Origin: Gammaproteobacteria bacterium
GTDB lineage: Bacteria > Pseudomonadota > Gammaproteobacteria > Eutrophobiales > Eutrophobiaceae
Length of the DNA: 64,000 bases
Assembly: GCA_965601665.1 (NCBI GenBank)
Contig: OZ271833.1
Coordinates: forward strand, 562,205-626,204
Reading direction: 5' to 3'
Positions 28,342 to 37,764 of the stretch are shown here, one piece after another. Numbering within the stretch: position 1 is the first letter of the stretch; every line of letters begins with the position of its first letter. Both the position numbers and the translations under genes were made by a program. Below the pieces are notes generated by a model. The model searched no databases. It saw only the letters and a list, made by a program, of their open reading frames with translations, and had not been told where the DNA came from.

Positions 28342-30763
28342 CACAGCTTCAAATTTAGAAACGACGCAGTCAGATATCGCCACTGCCGTTGCCAGCGCGT
28401 GCGCACGTGTCGCGCCAACCTGGCCATTAGACCAGGCGATTGCGGTCAATCCCTGGTGGGAGATGCGACAGACCCCGATGGCAGAGATTGCCGCTAAAGT
28501 TGAAACACTGGGTCAGGTGCAGTGCCTGATGCCGAAGAGTTACTACAGTTCTCTCTGGCAGAAGCAGATTCAGAGCGAACATCTGCAGGAAGCAGCAAAG
28601 TTGCTCGGTGTTGAGGTAACTGAAGACGAACTGGTGGCATTCCTTGCTGATGAAAGCACAGAAACACATCACTGGCACAATTTTAATGACTTGCTCGATT
28701 CACAACCTGAGCGTGTCAAGAAGATGCCATGGCGCGATGAAATCGTGCAGCAGATTAGTCAGTTTTGTGGTTTGTGTTTTGAATATCCTGGACGTGTAGA
28801 TTCAACTGCTGTCAATGGCTGCGGTCTGTATGAAGCATGGTTGGAAGTTGTACAGCAAGACCGCGGTATCGAGGTGCTGATGGGCGAGGATCTGCAGCAA
28901 TACTTCAAGGCATTGCCGGGTTCACCCGCGCAATTGTTTTCAGAGGTCTTTGCTGGCATGGGTAAACCGGAAAACTTTAGCGAATATGCGTACGCACTGT
29001 TGCTGGATATTCACGGCTGGGCTTCCTGGATGGCGTACACTGCGTGGCAGGATGCTTTTAATGAAAAGGATAACAATCTTGTCGAGCAGCTACTGGCCAT
29101 GCGCATGGCATGGGAATGGGTGCTCTGGCAACACACGCAGAATTCACAAGCGGCCATGTTTAAACTGCTGGAAAAACAGTTTCTCCGTCAGTTTGAACAG
29201 TGCGATTTTTATGAGCACTTGCACCTTGCCAAGCAGGAATACCTGTGGGTATGGCAGCGCGCGATGGAGTTGTCTTACCAACAGCCGCTGAACAAGATGC
29301 TGATGTCGCAACAGTCAAAGCAGGCCCCAGAGTCGAAGCCGGCATTGCAGGCGGCTTTCTGTATTGATGTACGTTCAGAGCCAATGCGACGTGCGTTGGA
29401 GTCGCAGTCTGACGATATTCAAACTATTGGTTTTGCCGGATTCTTCGGCTTGCCGATTGAATATTCTCCGGCTGAAAGTGATTACACGCGTCCGCAATTA
29501 CCAGGTTTGTTACCAGCAGCAATTAAGGTTCAACCTGCGGGTTTGAGTGGTGATGCGAGCGACACCAGTAAAGAGATTTATCGTTCAAACAGCGATCAAA
29601 ACTCTATTGAGGCCGCGCCTTCGACATTTGGCCTGGTTGAAATGACAGGGCTGTTCAAGTCATTCAAGCTGATTAAAGACAGTTTTTCACCTAGCAAGCC
29701 ATCGCATGGCATCAACGACATTGAAGCGGTAGGTAAATGGGAACTGTTGCAGGATGGCAAGCAGGTTAGTTCCGAAGAGCTGATCAACCTGGCAAAAGGC
29801 ATACTCGGTGCCATGGGGCTGACGAAAAACTTTGCCCCACGTGTATTGTTACTCGGCCATGGAAGTTGCACTGCCAACAACCCGCAGGCCGCTGGTCTTG
29901 ATTGCGGTGCCTGTGGCGGTCAGACCGGTGAAGTAAACGTTAAGGTCCTTTCCCAGATACTTAATGATAAGGACGTACGTGACGGCTTGAAACAAGCCGG
30001 TATTGATGTGCCTGCTGACACCCGCTTTATCGGTGGTCTGCATAGCACAACCACGGATGACATCATTCTTTACGGACGATTAGGTAAAGAAGGCTGGCAG
30101 CAATGGCTCAAGGATGCCACAACAATGGCGCAAAAGAACCGTGCTGAAAGCGTTGGTGTCAATCCGGAAAAAGACGTAGCTGAACAGTTTGAACAGCGTT
30201 CCAGGGACTGGTCACAAATTCGTCCGGAATGGGCGCTGGCAAATAACGCCGCGTTTATCGTTTCGCCTCGATACCTGACCAGGGATCTGAACCTTGAAGG
30301 TCGCACCTTCCTGCATGATTACAACTGGCAGGAAGATGAAGGCTATGGTGTGCTGGAACTCATTATGACAGCGCCCATGATCGTGACTAACTGGATCAAC
30401 CTGCAGTATTACGCGTCGGTGACGGACAACCTTAAGTATGGTTCCGGTAACAAGATGTTGCATAACGTGGTTGCTGACCATATCGGTGTCTTCGAAGGTA
30501 ATGCCGGTGACCTGCGTATCGGGTTGGCCATGCAGTCCCTGCATGACGGCAAGGAATGGCGCCACCAGCCAAACAGGTTGAGCGTTTATATTGCCGCGCC
30601 AACTGAGGCAATGTCGGACATCATTAATCGTCATGAGCATGTTGCCGACCTGTTGAACAAGGACTGGTTATACCTTTATCAACTCGACAACGATAACGGT
30701 GGTATCAAACAATACGTTAAGGGAGAATGGAAGCAGGTTTCTGAAGAAGGCTTCACTGCATGA
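28334..30763 (+). CDS. dabA: DabA/MpsB-type DUF2309 (UPF0753) protein, putative CO2-hydrating subunit
   Basis: It is a soluble 809-aa protein encoded immediately after, and overlapping, the NuoL-like membrane gene. It has conserved Cys/His/Asp positions (…[21 protein letters not shown]…) as expected for the zinc site. This pairing is the MpsAB/DabAB arrangement. Confidence 0.6.
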   Translation: MSSTASNLETTQSDIATAVASACARVAPTWPLDQAIAVNPWWEMRQTPMAEIAAKVETLGQVQCLMPKSYYSSLWQKQIQSEHLQEAAKLLGVEVTEDELVAFLADESTETHHWHNFNDLLDSQPERVKKMPWRDEIVQQISQFCGLCFEYPGRVDSTAVNGCGLYEAWLEVVQQDRGIEVLMGEDLQQYFKALPGSPAQLFSEVFAGMGKPENFSEYAYALLLDIHGWASWMAYTAWQDAFNEKDNNLVEQLLAMRMAWEWVLWQHTQNSQAAMFKLLEKQFLRQFEQCDFYEHLHLAKQEYLWVWQRAMELSYQQPLNKMLMSQQSKQAPESKPALQAAFCIDVRSEPMRRALESQSDDIQTIGFAGFFGLPIEYSPAESDYTRPQLPGLLPAAIKVQPAGLSGDASDTSKEIYRSNSDQNSIEAAPSTFGLVEMTGLFKSFKLIKDSFSPSKPSHGINDIEAVGKWELLQDGKQVSSEELINLAKGILGAMGLTKNFAPRVLLLGHGSCTANNPQAAGLDCGACGGQTGEVNVKVLSQILNDKDVRDGLKQAGIDVPADTRFIGGLHSTTTDDIILYGRLGKEGWQQWLKDATTMAQKNRAESVGVNPEKDVAEQFEQRSRDWSQIRPEWALANNAAFIVSPRYLTRDLNLEGRTFLHDYNWQEDEGYGVLELIMTAPMIVTNWINLQYYASVTDNLKYGSGNKMLHNVVADHIGVFEGNAGDLRIGLAMQSLHDGKEWRHQPNRLSVYIAAPTEAMSDIINRHEHVADLLNKDWLYLYQLDNDNGGIKQYVKGEWKQVSEEGFTA

Positions 30764-31683
30764 CAACTACCCTGACGCATTTGCGTACGCTCGAAGCGGA
30801 GGCCATCCACATTATTCGTGAGGTGGCCGCCAGCTTCGACAATCCTTGCCTGTTTTACTCAATTGGTAAGGACTCAACCGTGATGTTACACCTGGCCAGG
30901 AAAGCATTCTGGCCAGGCACGGTGCCTTTTACCCTGCTGCACATTGATACCACGTGGGAATTTGGTGAGATGGGCCGCTTCAGGGATCGTATCGTTGATA
31001 AACATGGTTTGCGCTTATCGGTCTATATTAACGAGGAGGCGTTGGCCGCTGGAATTCATCCGATTGAATCCGGGTCGGTAAAATATAACGATATGATGAA
31101 GACCCAGGCATTAAAACAGGCGATGGCCATGCATCAATTTGATGCTGCGCTGGGCGGGGCGAGGCGTGATGAAGAAAAGTCGCGGGCCAAGGAACGTATC
31201 TTTTCCATTCGCGACAAGCACCAGGGCTGGGACCCCAAGCAACAGCGCCCCGAACTCTGGAATCTTTATAATGCCAACATCAACAAGGGTGAATCAGTCA
31301 GGGTTTTTCCCCTATCCAACTGGACCGAACTCGATATCTGGCAGTATATCCTGTTGGAAAAGATCGAGATTGTGCCACTGTATCTGTCTGCACCAAGGCT
31401 GAGCTGGATTTGTGATGAAAGCCAGCAGGTGTTTGCCATGGACGACGAACGTATGATGCCTTATCTCAGTGAAACAGAGAAACAATCGCTGGAGATGCGT
31501 AATATCCGTTTCCGAACCCTGGGCTGTTATCCGCAAACCGGGGGTGTAATGAGTGAAGCTGACAGCGTTGGCGATATCGTGCAGGAACTGCTGGTGGCCA
31601 GAACCAGCGAGCGGGAAGGGCGCATGCTGGACAAAGACCAGGTTGGGTCCATGGAAATCAAGAAACGCGAGGGTTATTTTTAG
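30760..31683 (+). CDS. cysD: sulfate adenylyltransferase subunit 2 (CysD), with no adjacent CysN
   Basis: It is near-colinear with E. coli CysD ([20 protein letters not shown]…[18 protein letters not shown]…[18 protein letters not shown]…[15 protein letters not shown]…RFRTLGC…[11 protein letters not shown]). Its ATG overlaps the dabA stop in an ATGA arrangement. Confidence 0.9.
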   Translation: MTTTLTHLRTLEAEAIHIIREVAASFDNPCLFYSIGKDSTVMLHLARKAFWPGTVPFTLLHIDTTWEFGEMGRFRDRIVDKHGLRLSVYINEEALAAGIHPIESGSVKYNDMMKTQALKQAMAMHQFDAALGGARRDEEKSRAKERIFSIRDKHQGWDPKQQRPELWNLYNANINKGESVRVFPLSNWTELDIWQYILLEKIEIVPLYLSAPRLSWICDESQQVFAMDDERMMPYLSETEKQSLEMRNIRFRTLGCYPQTGGVMSEADSVGDIVQELLVARTSEREGRMLDKDQVGSMEIKKREGYF

Positions 31684-31689
31684 CCATCA

Positions 31690-33836
31690 TTAATCAAGGT
31701 CAAAAGACAGCTCCGCCAGGAAACTGCGGTCGCTCAATGGAAAATCGCCACTGTAGACGCCGAACATATTGAAAGCGGAAGGGTAGCGTGCATCATTGTT
31801 AAACGCGTTCTTGACCAGTATGGCAGCATTAAAGTTATTTATAATTTTTCGTTTTTCCAGCTTCAAATCAACCAGCGTATCGTTCGCAATGTCATTGCGT
31901 GTATCGTTCGTCGCCCTGTTACGATTGGCAATGTAATTCGCCTGTACATACGCAAACCAACCCGGGGCAGGATTCCAGTCAGCAGCGACAAACGCATCGA
32001 GATGAGGTACATCAACTACTTTCTTGTCTGTTGCCTGATCATTGGTCATTATCCATGCAATGTTACCTGAAAGGTTAAGGCTATTAATGGGCTGCCATGT
32101 CATTTCATATTCAAGCCCATAGGCTTCCTGTTCGCGTGCATTTTCGGCCATAAAGACCCCGGCGCCATCAGGCACGAACTCGATCAGGTCATCGGCATAA
32201 TAATAGAAAAAATTGGCGCCATAGCTCATTCGAGTTGATGGGGTGAACGTCATACCAAATTCAACGGTGTCAATTTTTTCCGGATCTAGATCCGGATTGC
32301 CCAAAGATACCGGGTTATTGGTTGTGAATTGATCAGTTGTCGTTGGTGGTCGAAATGCACTGCTATAAAGGAGTTTAAGTGTCAGTGCGTTGGTGGTATT
32401 CCAGAGTAGCGCCACTCTCGGATTTATCGTGCTGCCAAAGTCCGAGTAATCGTCAATACGTATACCTGTAGTCAGGTTCCAGCGTTGGCTGATATCCCAT
32501 TCATCCTGCAGTGACAGGCTGTAAATATGCCGGTTGTTGTCTCTAAACCAGACAAATGGCGTTTCCGTCGTAACTGTAGATACCGTGGGCGTGACGCCTG
32601 GACCAAAGTTTTTGATTTCATAGGAATTTGATTCTTCGTACTGATAGCGAGTAGACAAACGTATGCGATGGTCTTCCAGACCGGTATAGATCCCGGTGAA
32701 TTCAAACGATGGTTTTAACATTAGTCTGCCAGGAGATCCCTGTACGCCATCAGGAAAGTTGACTGGCACTGCACCGGGGCCGGGGCCTAAATTACCTGAA
32801 GGTTGTACCAGTAAGGTAGCATCTGCTGGAAACAATGTTGTCTCCACCGGTTCATCCGTGTAGTTGAAGCTTGCCCGGAAGTTCAGGTTCCAGTCACCCA
32901 GGTCATCGAGCGTATTGTATTGGAGATCCGACAGGATATTTGTGGTTTCAATATTGCCGGTTGGATCCAAAGCGTTGGCAAAGCCTCCACCTGTGCCCTG
33001 GTTTGGTTTATCGTTAAGCCAGAAATTGATATCCCAATGATTTTTTTTAAATGACAGGTGCAAATCGATAACCTCGTAATCGGTGTTTAGCCTGCCAGGT
33101 GACAGAGATGCGGAGGTGTTGAAGATACCATCCAAGACACTTTGCTGGTCAGATGGTACAACTCGGTCGCCATCACCTTTTGTCGTCTGGTATTCACCGG
33201 TCAGCGCGATTTCCCAGCCTGAATAGAGACCGCCATGGTTGGCCCAAGCGTGATAGGTGTTGCTCGTTCCTGCACGCGTTCCGAACGTGGTACCATCAAT
33301 GTCGTTGCCATCTTTCGTTACGATGTTAACCACACCACCAAATGCATCGGCACCATAAACTGCTGAGCCTGGCCCGCGTATGACCTCGACACGTTTGATA
33401 TTATTTACAGTTTTTAGAAATTGCGAAACCGGTGAACCCTTGAAAGGGGTGTGGATAGTCAAGCCATCAAGCAGGAACAGTACCTGGTTATTACGCTGGT
33501 TTTGCAAGCCACGCACAGTCACTTTTTTTCAAAAACCTGATTTCCTGTGCTGATATGAAAACCTGGAACCCGCTCCAGTACTTCATAAAGATCGATAGCT
33601 CCCATCCGACGTATTTGTTCGGCAGTGATAATGGTCGCTACGGCAGGTAATGTCTCCCTGGTACGCGTGGTTCCTGTGGCCACGGTTATCTCGGCAAGCT
33701 CATCCAGGTCGAGGCTTAATAAGCGCTCTAATTCATAGTCAGTTTCTCTGGCGGCAGTGTTTGCGCAAGAGAGTAACAAAAGAGGTATCGCTATGGTATG
33801 TGTGTACCTGTTTAGCCTGGCCTTGACGTTATTCAC
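31690..33836 (-). pseudogene. TonB-dependent receptor interrupted by a 1-nt frameshift in an A7 homopolymer
   Basis: The N-terminal signal peptide and plug region (33519–33836) end in …NQVFEKK*. The plug continues in another frame as (KK)VTVRGLQN…VLFLLDG (31690–33522). The junction is gaaaaaaag (T7 on the + strand at 33523–33529). A run of A8 or A5 would restore one ORF. The C-terminus has a β-barrel ending …ELSFDLD. Confidence 0.7.
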
Positions 33837-34131
33837 TGCTTGTTACCATCCTGTAATTCTATTTTAGTTTTATTATTGACTATGCATTTAGTATTGAAGT
33901 TTCTATTGCGGTAGCAAGTGGCCAAAAGCAGAGAAAGATTACGAAGATAGTGTATCAACATTCCCCGATATAGATGTGAATATCGACCCCGTGGCTAAAG
34001 CCAATCTTTATTACGTTTTTATAAAACGTTCACAAATATATTAATTTCATAGGGTTTATGCTGTTATACTATTATTGTATAACTAAAACTATAGACTGCT
34101 ACAGGGAAGCGCACCCGGTTTCGGAGACCCC

Positions 34132-35145
34132 TTGATGACTGCTAAATCTGTTCTTTTGGCAGATGATGACCAGACGACGCTTACTGTCCTGACTGCGACA
34201 CTTGAAGATTATGGCTACCGTGTTGATAGCACGGATCGTGGCGAGAAATGTTTATTCAAGGCCATGGAGCAGGATTACGATGCGTTTCTCATTGACCTGA
34301 ATATGCCAGGTTTGGGTGGAGTGGAGCTGTGTAAAAAATTACGCGCCCTGGAACAGTACAAACTCACTCCCATTATTATCATCACGTCCATGGACGAGGA
34401 AACCAACCTCGGCGAGGTATTATCCGCGGGCGCCAGCGACTTTATTTCCAAACCGGTCAATCCCGTGGTACTGAATGCGCGTTTAAAAAACCACCTGGAA
34501 AAGCAAGAGTACTATGATGAACTGGAGCGCATCCGCCGTTATCTGAATCGTTATATTTCATCCCGAACGCAACGCATGGTGGAGGCCTACGCAACGACAG
34601 GGCTGGTGCCTGAACCAGAACTCCATCATGTTTGCGTGATGTTTACTGACATCCGTGGTTTTACCCGCTTAAGCACCAAAATTGATCTGCAGGAATTATT
34701 TGCCAGAATCAGTTATAGCCTCGGTCAACAGGTAGACCTCGTTTACAAATATCACGGCTATATCGACAAGTTCGGTGGTGATGGGCTAATGGCCATCTTT
34801 GATGGTGAATTGGCAGTCAGCAACGCCTGTGAATGCGCCCGACAAATAATCGATCAAGCCACCAGGCATCCCGATCCCTTGCCTATCGGTATAGGACTTC
34901 ATTACGGTCCCGTGTTGATTGGTAATATTGGTTCCAACGAACATCTGGACTACTCGGCGCTGGGCGAAACAGTCAATCTGGCGTCGAGGATATGTAACTA
35001 TGCCGATGCAATGCAAATAAGAGCAAGTGAAACAATTATAGAACAATTAAGTGATGATAACAGCATACGACATACCGATGTAGAGTATGCCACCCTACGA
35101 GGTTACGAGGAGCAGATACCCATATACCGTTTTCATTTTGACTGA
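34132..35145 (+). CDS. response-regulator receiver domain fused to a class III adenylate/guanylate cyclase
   Basis: The REC domain has an LLADDD acidic pocket and the phospho-acceptor region FLIDLNMPG. The cyclase (CHD) domain has VMFTDIRGFT…KFGGDGLMAIF. Confidence 0.8.
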   Translation: MMTAKSVLLADDDQTTLTVLTATLEDYGYRVDSTDRGEKCLFKAMEQDYDAFLIDLNMPGLGGVELCKKLRALEQYKLTPIIIITSMDEETNLGEVLSAGASDFISKPVNPVVLNARLKNHLEKQEYYDELERIRRYLNRYISSRTQRMVEAYATTGLVPEPELHHVCVMFTDIRGFTRLSTKIDLQELFARISYSLGQQVDLVYKYHGYIDKFGGDGLMAIFDGELAVSNACECARQIIDQATRHPDPLPIGIGLHYGPVLIGNIGSNEHLDYSALGETVNLASRICNYADAMQIRASETIIEQLSDDNSIRHTDVEYATLRGYEEQIPIYRFHFD

Positions 35146-35213
35146 AATATTTGCCGTTTGTCACTTTCTGACATTATACTTTATGAAATTATAATAATTA
35201 AAAAGGCAAAATC

Positions 35214-37061
35214 TTGAGATCCAAGTATACTATTCTCTTCAGTAGTATCCTTATCATTACTTTGCTGTCCTCATTCGTAGCGGCAGAAGCAAAACCACTC
35301 ATCCTTACCGACAATAGCAACAAGTATTCACTTCTCAAGGAAGCAGAATATTACGAAGACCAGAGTGGACAACTGGATATTGAAGCTATTCTTCAACGTC
35401 ATGCAAATGGTGAATTTGTCAGACCAGAAGAATTTATAAACTCACCTGGTTTTACGGATTCTGCTTACTGGTTTCGAATCAGCATATTTAATGACCGTTC
35501 AGCGGTTGATGCATGGTTGTTACAACTAACATATGCCATGCTCGATCACATCGACGTCTATTTGCTCGATAATTCAGGCCAGATAAAGCATGAGCACATG
35601 GGCGATGCCCAGCCTTTTAGTCAAAGGCAGATAGAACATCGTACATTTTTGTTTGATATGGCACTGCCAAAAAGAGAGATAGTCGAACTCCTGGTGCGGA
35701 TAAAAACAACCAGCTCCATGCAGCCTAAAATGTATTTGTGGGAAGCAACCACGTTCAACCATGATAACCAGGGTAATCAACTGGCATTTGGTATTTACTA
35801 CGGTGTTTTCCTCGCCATGCTCTTCTATAACCTGCTGGTGTACATATCTATTCGAGACAAGATTTACCTGTTTTATGTCGCCTATGTGCTTTCATTCAGC
35901 TTGTTTATGTGCTGCCTCAATGGATTGGGTTATCAGTACATCTGGCCTGATTTCCCCGGTTGGCAATCGCATGCCAGTGCGACACTGATGTCAGTTGCCT
36001 GTTTTAGTGCAATTCTTTTTGCCCGCACACTGTTGCGTTTGAAAGACTATTTGCCGCGCTGGGATAAATTCTTTCAGTGGTCGATGTACTATTTTACTTT
36101 GCTTGCTATAGCATCATTGTATCTTCCATATACCTATGTCGCCCAGATTTGTACGGCGAGTAGTCTGCTGTTATCTATTTTACTGAATTTTATTGGCTGG
36201 TTAAGCCTGAAGCATGAGAACCAGGTTGCCCGGTTTTACGTATTGGCATGGACTTTTTTTCTACTTGGCGCCAGCGTCTATGCTCTGAAAACCTATGGCG
36301 TGTTACCGCAGATCTTTATTACCGAATATGCCATGCAAATAGGCTCAATGCTGGACGTGGTTTTGCTATCAATGGTGCTGAGCTATCGAGTCAAGATGCT
36401 GCAGGAACAAAATGTTAAAATTCAGCTACAGGCTACGATAGAACTTGAAAGCAAAGTGCAGGAAAGAACCAGGAAGCTGAATGAAACGCTTGATGCCCTG
36501 TCTGAAAGCTACGCGAAAGTTGAAAAGCTAAATTACAGTGATCCATTAACAGACATCAAGAATCGGCGTTTTTTTGACGAGTTCTATTTACACGAAATGA
36601 AGAACGCGATTCGTAGTAAAGGGTCTATCGCAGTTATGGTTGCCGATATTGATCATTTTAAGCAGGTTAATGATGAATACGGCCATAATGCCGGCGACAA
36701 GGTGCTTATTTGTATAGGTCAATTGATCAAGGAAAATCTGCCTCGTGAGAATGATTTTGTAGCCCGTTATGGTGGCGATGAATTTGTGATTGTATTGCCG
36801 TTTACCGACAAGGAAGGTGCGCTGTTAATCGCTAAACGTATTAAAAACAGTATCTCTGAGCTTCAGGTGGAACATGAAAATCGCAACATTATGACAACGA
36901 TTAGCATTGGCATTTCGGCCATGCAACCGTCGTATGAAACCGACACCTACCGGTTAATTACCGAAGCTGATCGTGCCCTGTATGAGGCAAAAGAACTGGG
37001 AAGAGATCGGATCCGTTGCTACCATAATGGTGATGTCGAATTAAAGAGCGTCGACAGCTGA
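35214..37061 (+). CDS. 7TMR-DISM sensor diguanylate cyclase (GGDEF)
   Basis: It has a signal peptide and a periplasmic 7TMR-DISMED2-like domain, then 7 TM helices, a coiled coil and a GGDEF domain with RYGGDEF and an I-site-like RxxD. Confidence 0.8.
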   Translation: MRSKYTILFSSILIITLLSSFVAAEAKPLILTDNSNKYSLLKEAEYYEDQSGQLDIEAILQRHANGEFVRPEEFINSPGFTDSAYWFRISIFNDRSAVDAWLLQLTYAMLDHIDVYLLDNSGQIKHEHMGDAQPFSQRQIEHRTFLFDMALPKREIVELLVRIKTTSSMQPKMYLWEATTFNHDNQGNQLAFGIYYGVFLAMLFYNLLVYISIRDKIYLFYVAYVLSFSLFMCCLNGLGYQYIWPDFPGWQSHASATLMSVACFSAILFARTLLRLKDYLPRWDKFFQWSMYYFTLLAIASLYLPYTYVAQICTASSLLLSILLNFIGWLSLKHENQVARFYVLAWTFFLLGASVYALKTYGVLPQIFITEYAMQIGSMLDVVLLSMVLSYRVKMLQEQNVKIQLQATIELESKVQERTRKLNETLDALSESYAKVEKLNYSDPLTDIKNRRFFDEFYLHEMKNAIRSKGSIAVMVADIDHFKQVNDEYGHNAGDKVLICIGQLIKENLPRENDFVARYGGDEFVIVLPFTDKEGALLIAKRIKNSISELQVEHENRNIMTTISIGISAMQPSYETDTYRLITEADRALYEAKELGRDRIRCYHNGDVELKSVDS

Positions 37062-37141
37062 TAGTTTTACCGCAAGTATTCTGATCATTTTTGGATTTCA
37101 CCTTCCAATTTTTACCCGTTGCGCTGGTTTGGACAACTGCG

Positions 37142-37756
37142 ATGTTTGCAATCGTCTTGCTGGTATTGATTGCATTGCGTGTCGATTGGCACAAAAACCG
37201 TAGCAGGGGTGTACTCAATCTATGGTTTGTGAGTATATTTTTTCTCGCAATCGCCTGGATGATTCGAGCCAATATTGGTGAGGAGTACAATATCCATCTG
37301 CTGGGTGCGATGTTATTTGCGCTGATGTTTGGTTGGCAATTGGGTGTGCTGGGCATCGCCATCGTCTGTACGTTGGTATGTCTATGGGGCAATATGCTTT
37401 GGGCTAACCTGCCGCTTGCGATACTTATTAATGCCGTCTTTGCTGTCTCGTTTAGTTACCTGTTATTCCTGCTAATTGAATACATACTGCCGCATAATCT
37501 TTATGTCTACCTGTATTTGTCCGCGTTCTTCGGTTCTGCTATTTCCTATTCACTAGCGGGTACGATTTCAGCCTTGTTGTTCTTTTGGCTGGACGTACAG
37601 ACCTGGTCAACGTTGATGAATGAGTATTTACCGTTTCTTTACCTGATGAGCTTTTCCGAGTCATTCCTGACTTGTGGCTTGTTGACCCTGTTTGTGGTTT
37701 ACAAACCTGAATGGGTGTTCAGTTTTCGCGATGAGCGTTATTTGCGAGGTAAGTAA
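37142..37756 (+). CDS. small polytopic membrane protein of unknown family, about 6 TM
   Basis: It is hydrophobic throughout. The ORF track starts at a TTG (37091); the first ATG is at 37142. I recognise no motif. Confidence 0.4.
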   Translation: MFAIVLLVLIALRVDWHKNRSRGVLNLWFVSIFFLAIAWMIRANIGEEYNIHLLGAMLFALMFGWQLGVLGIAIVCTLVCLWGNMLWANLPLAILINAVFAVSFSYLLFLLIEYILPHNLYVYLYLSAFFGSAISYSLAGTISALLFFWLDVQTWSTLMNEYLPFLYLMSFSESFLTCGLLTLFVVYKPEWVFSFRDERYLRGK

Positions 37757-37764
37757 GCCATTGT

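Noticed and set aside
37091-37141. TTG start giving a 221-aa membrane protein
   Set aside because: The ORF-track start is a TTG immediately after the upstream stop, with no RBS. The first ATG (37142) gives a more conventional N-terminus, so I used 37142 while flagging the uncertainty.
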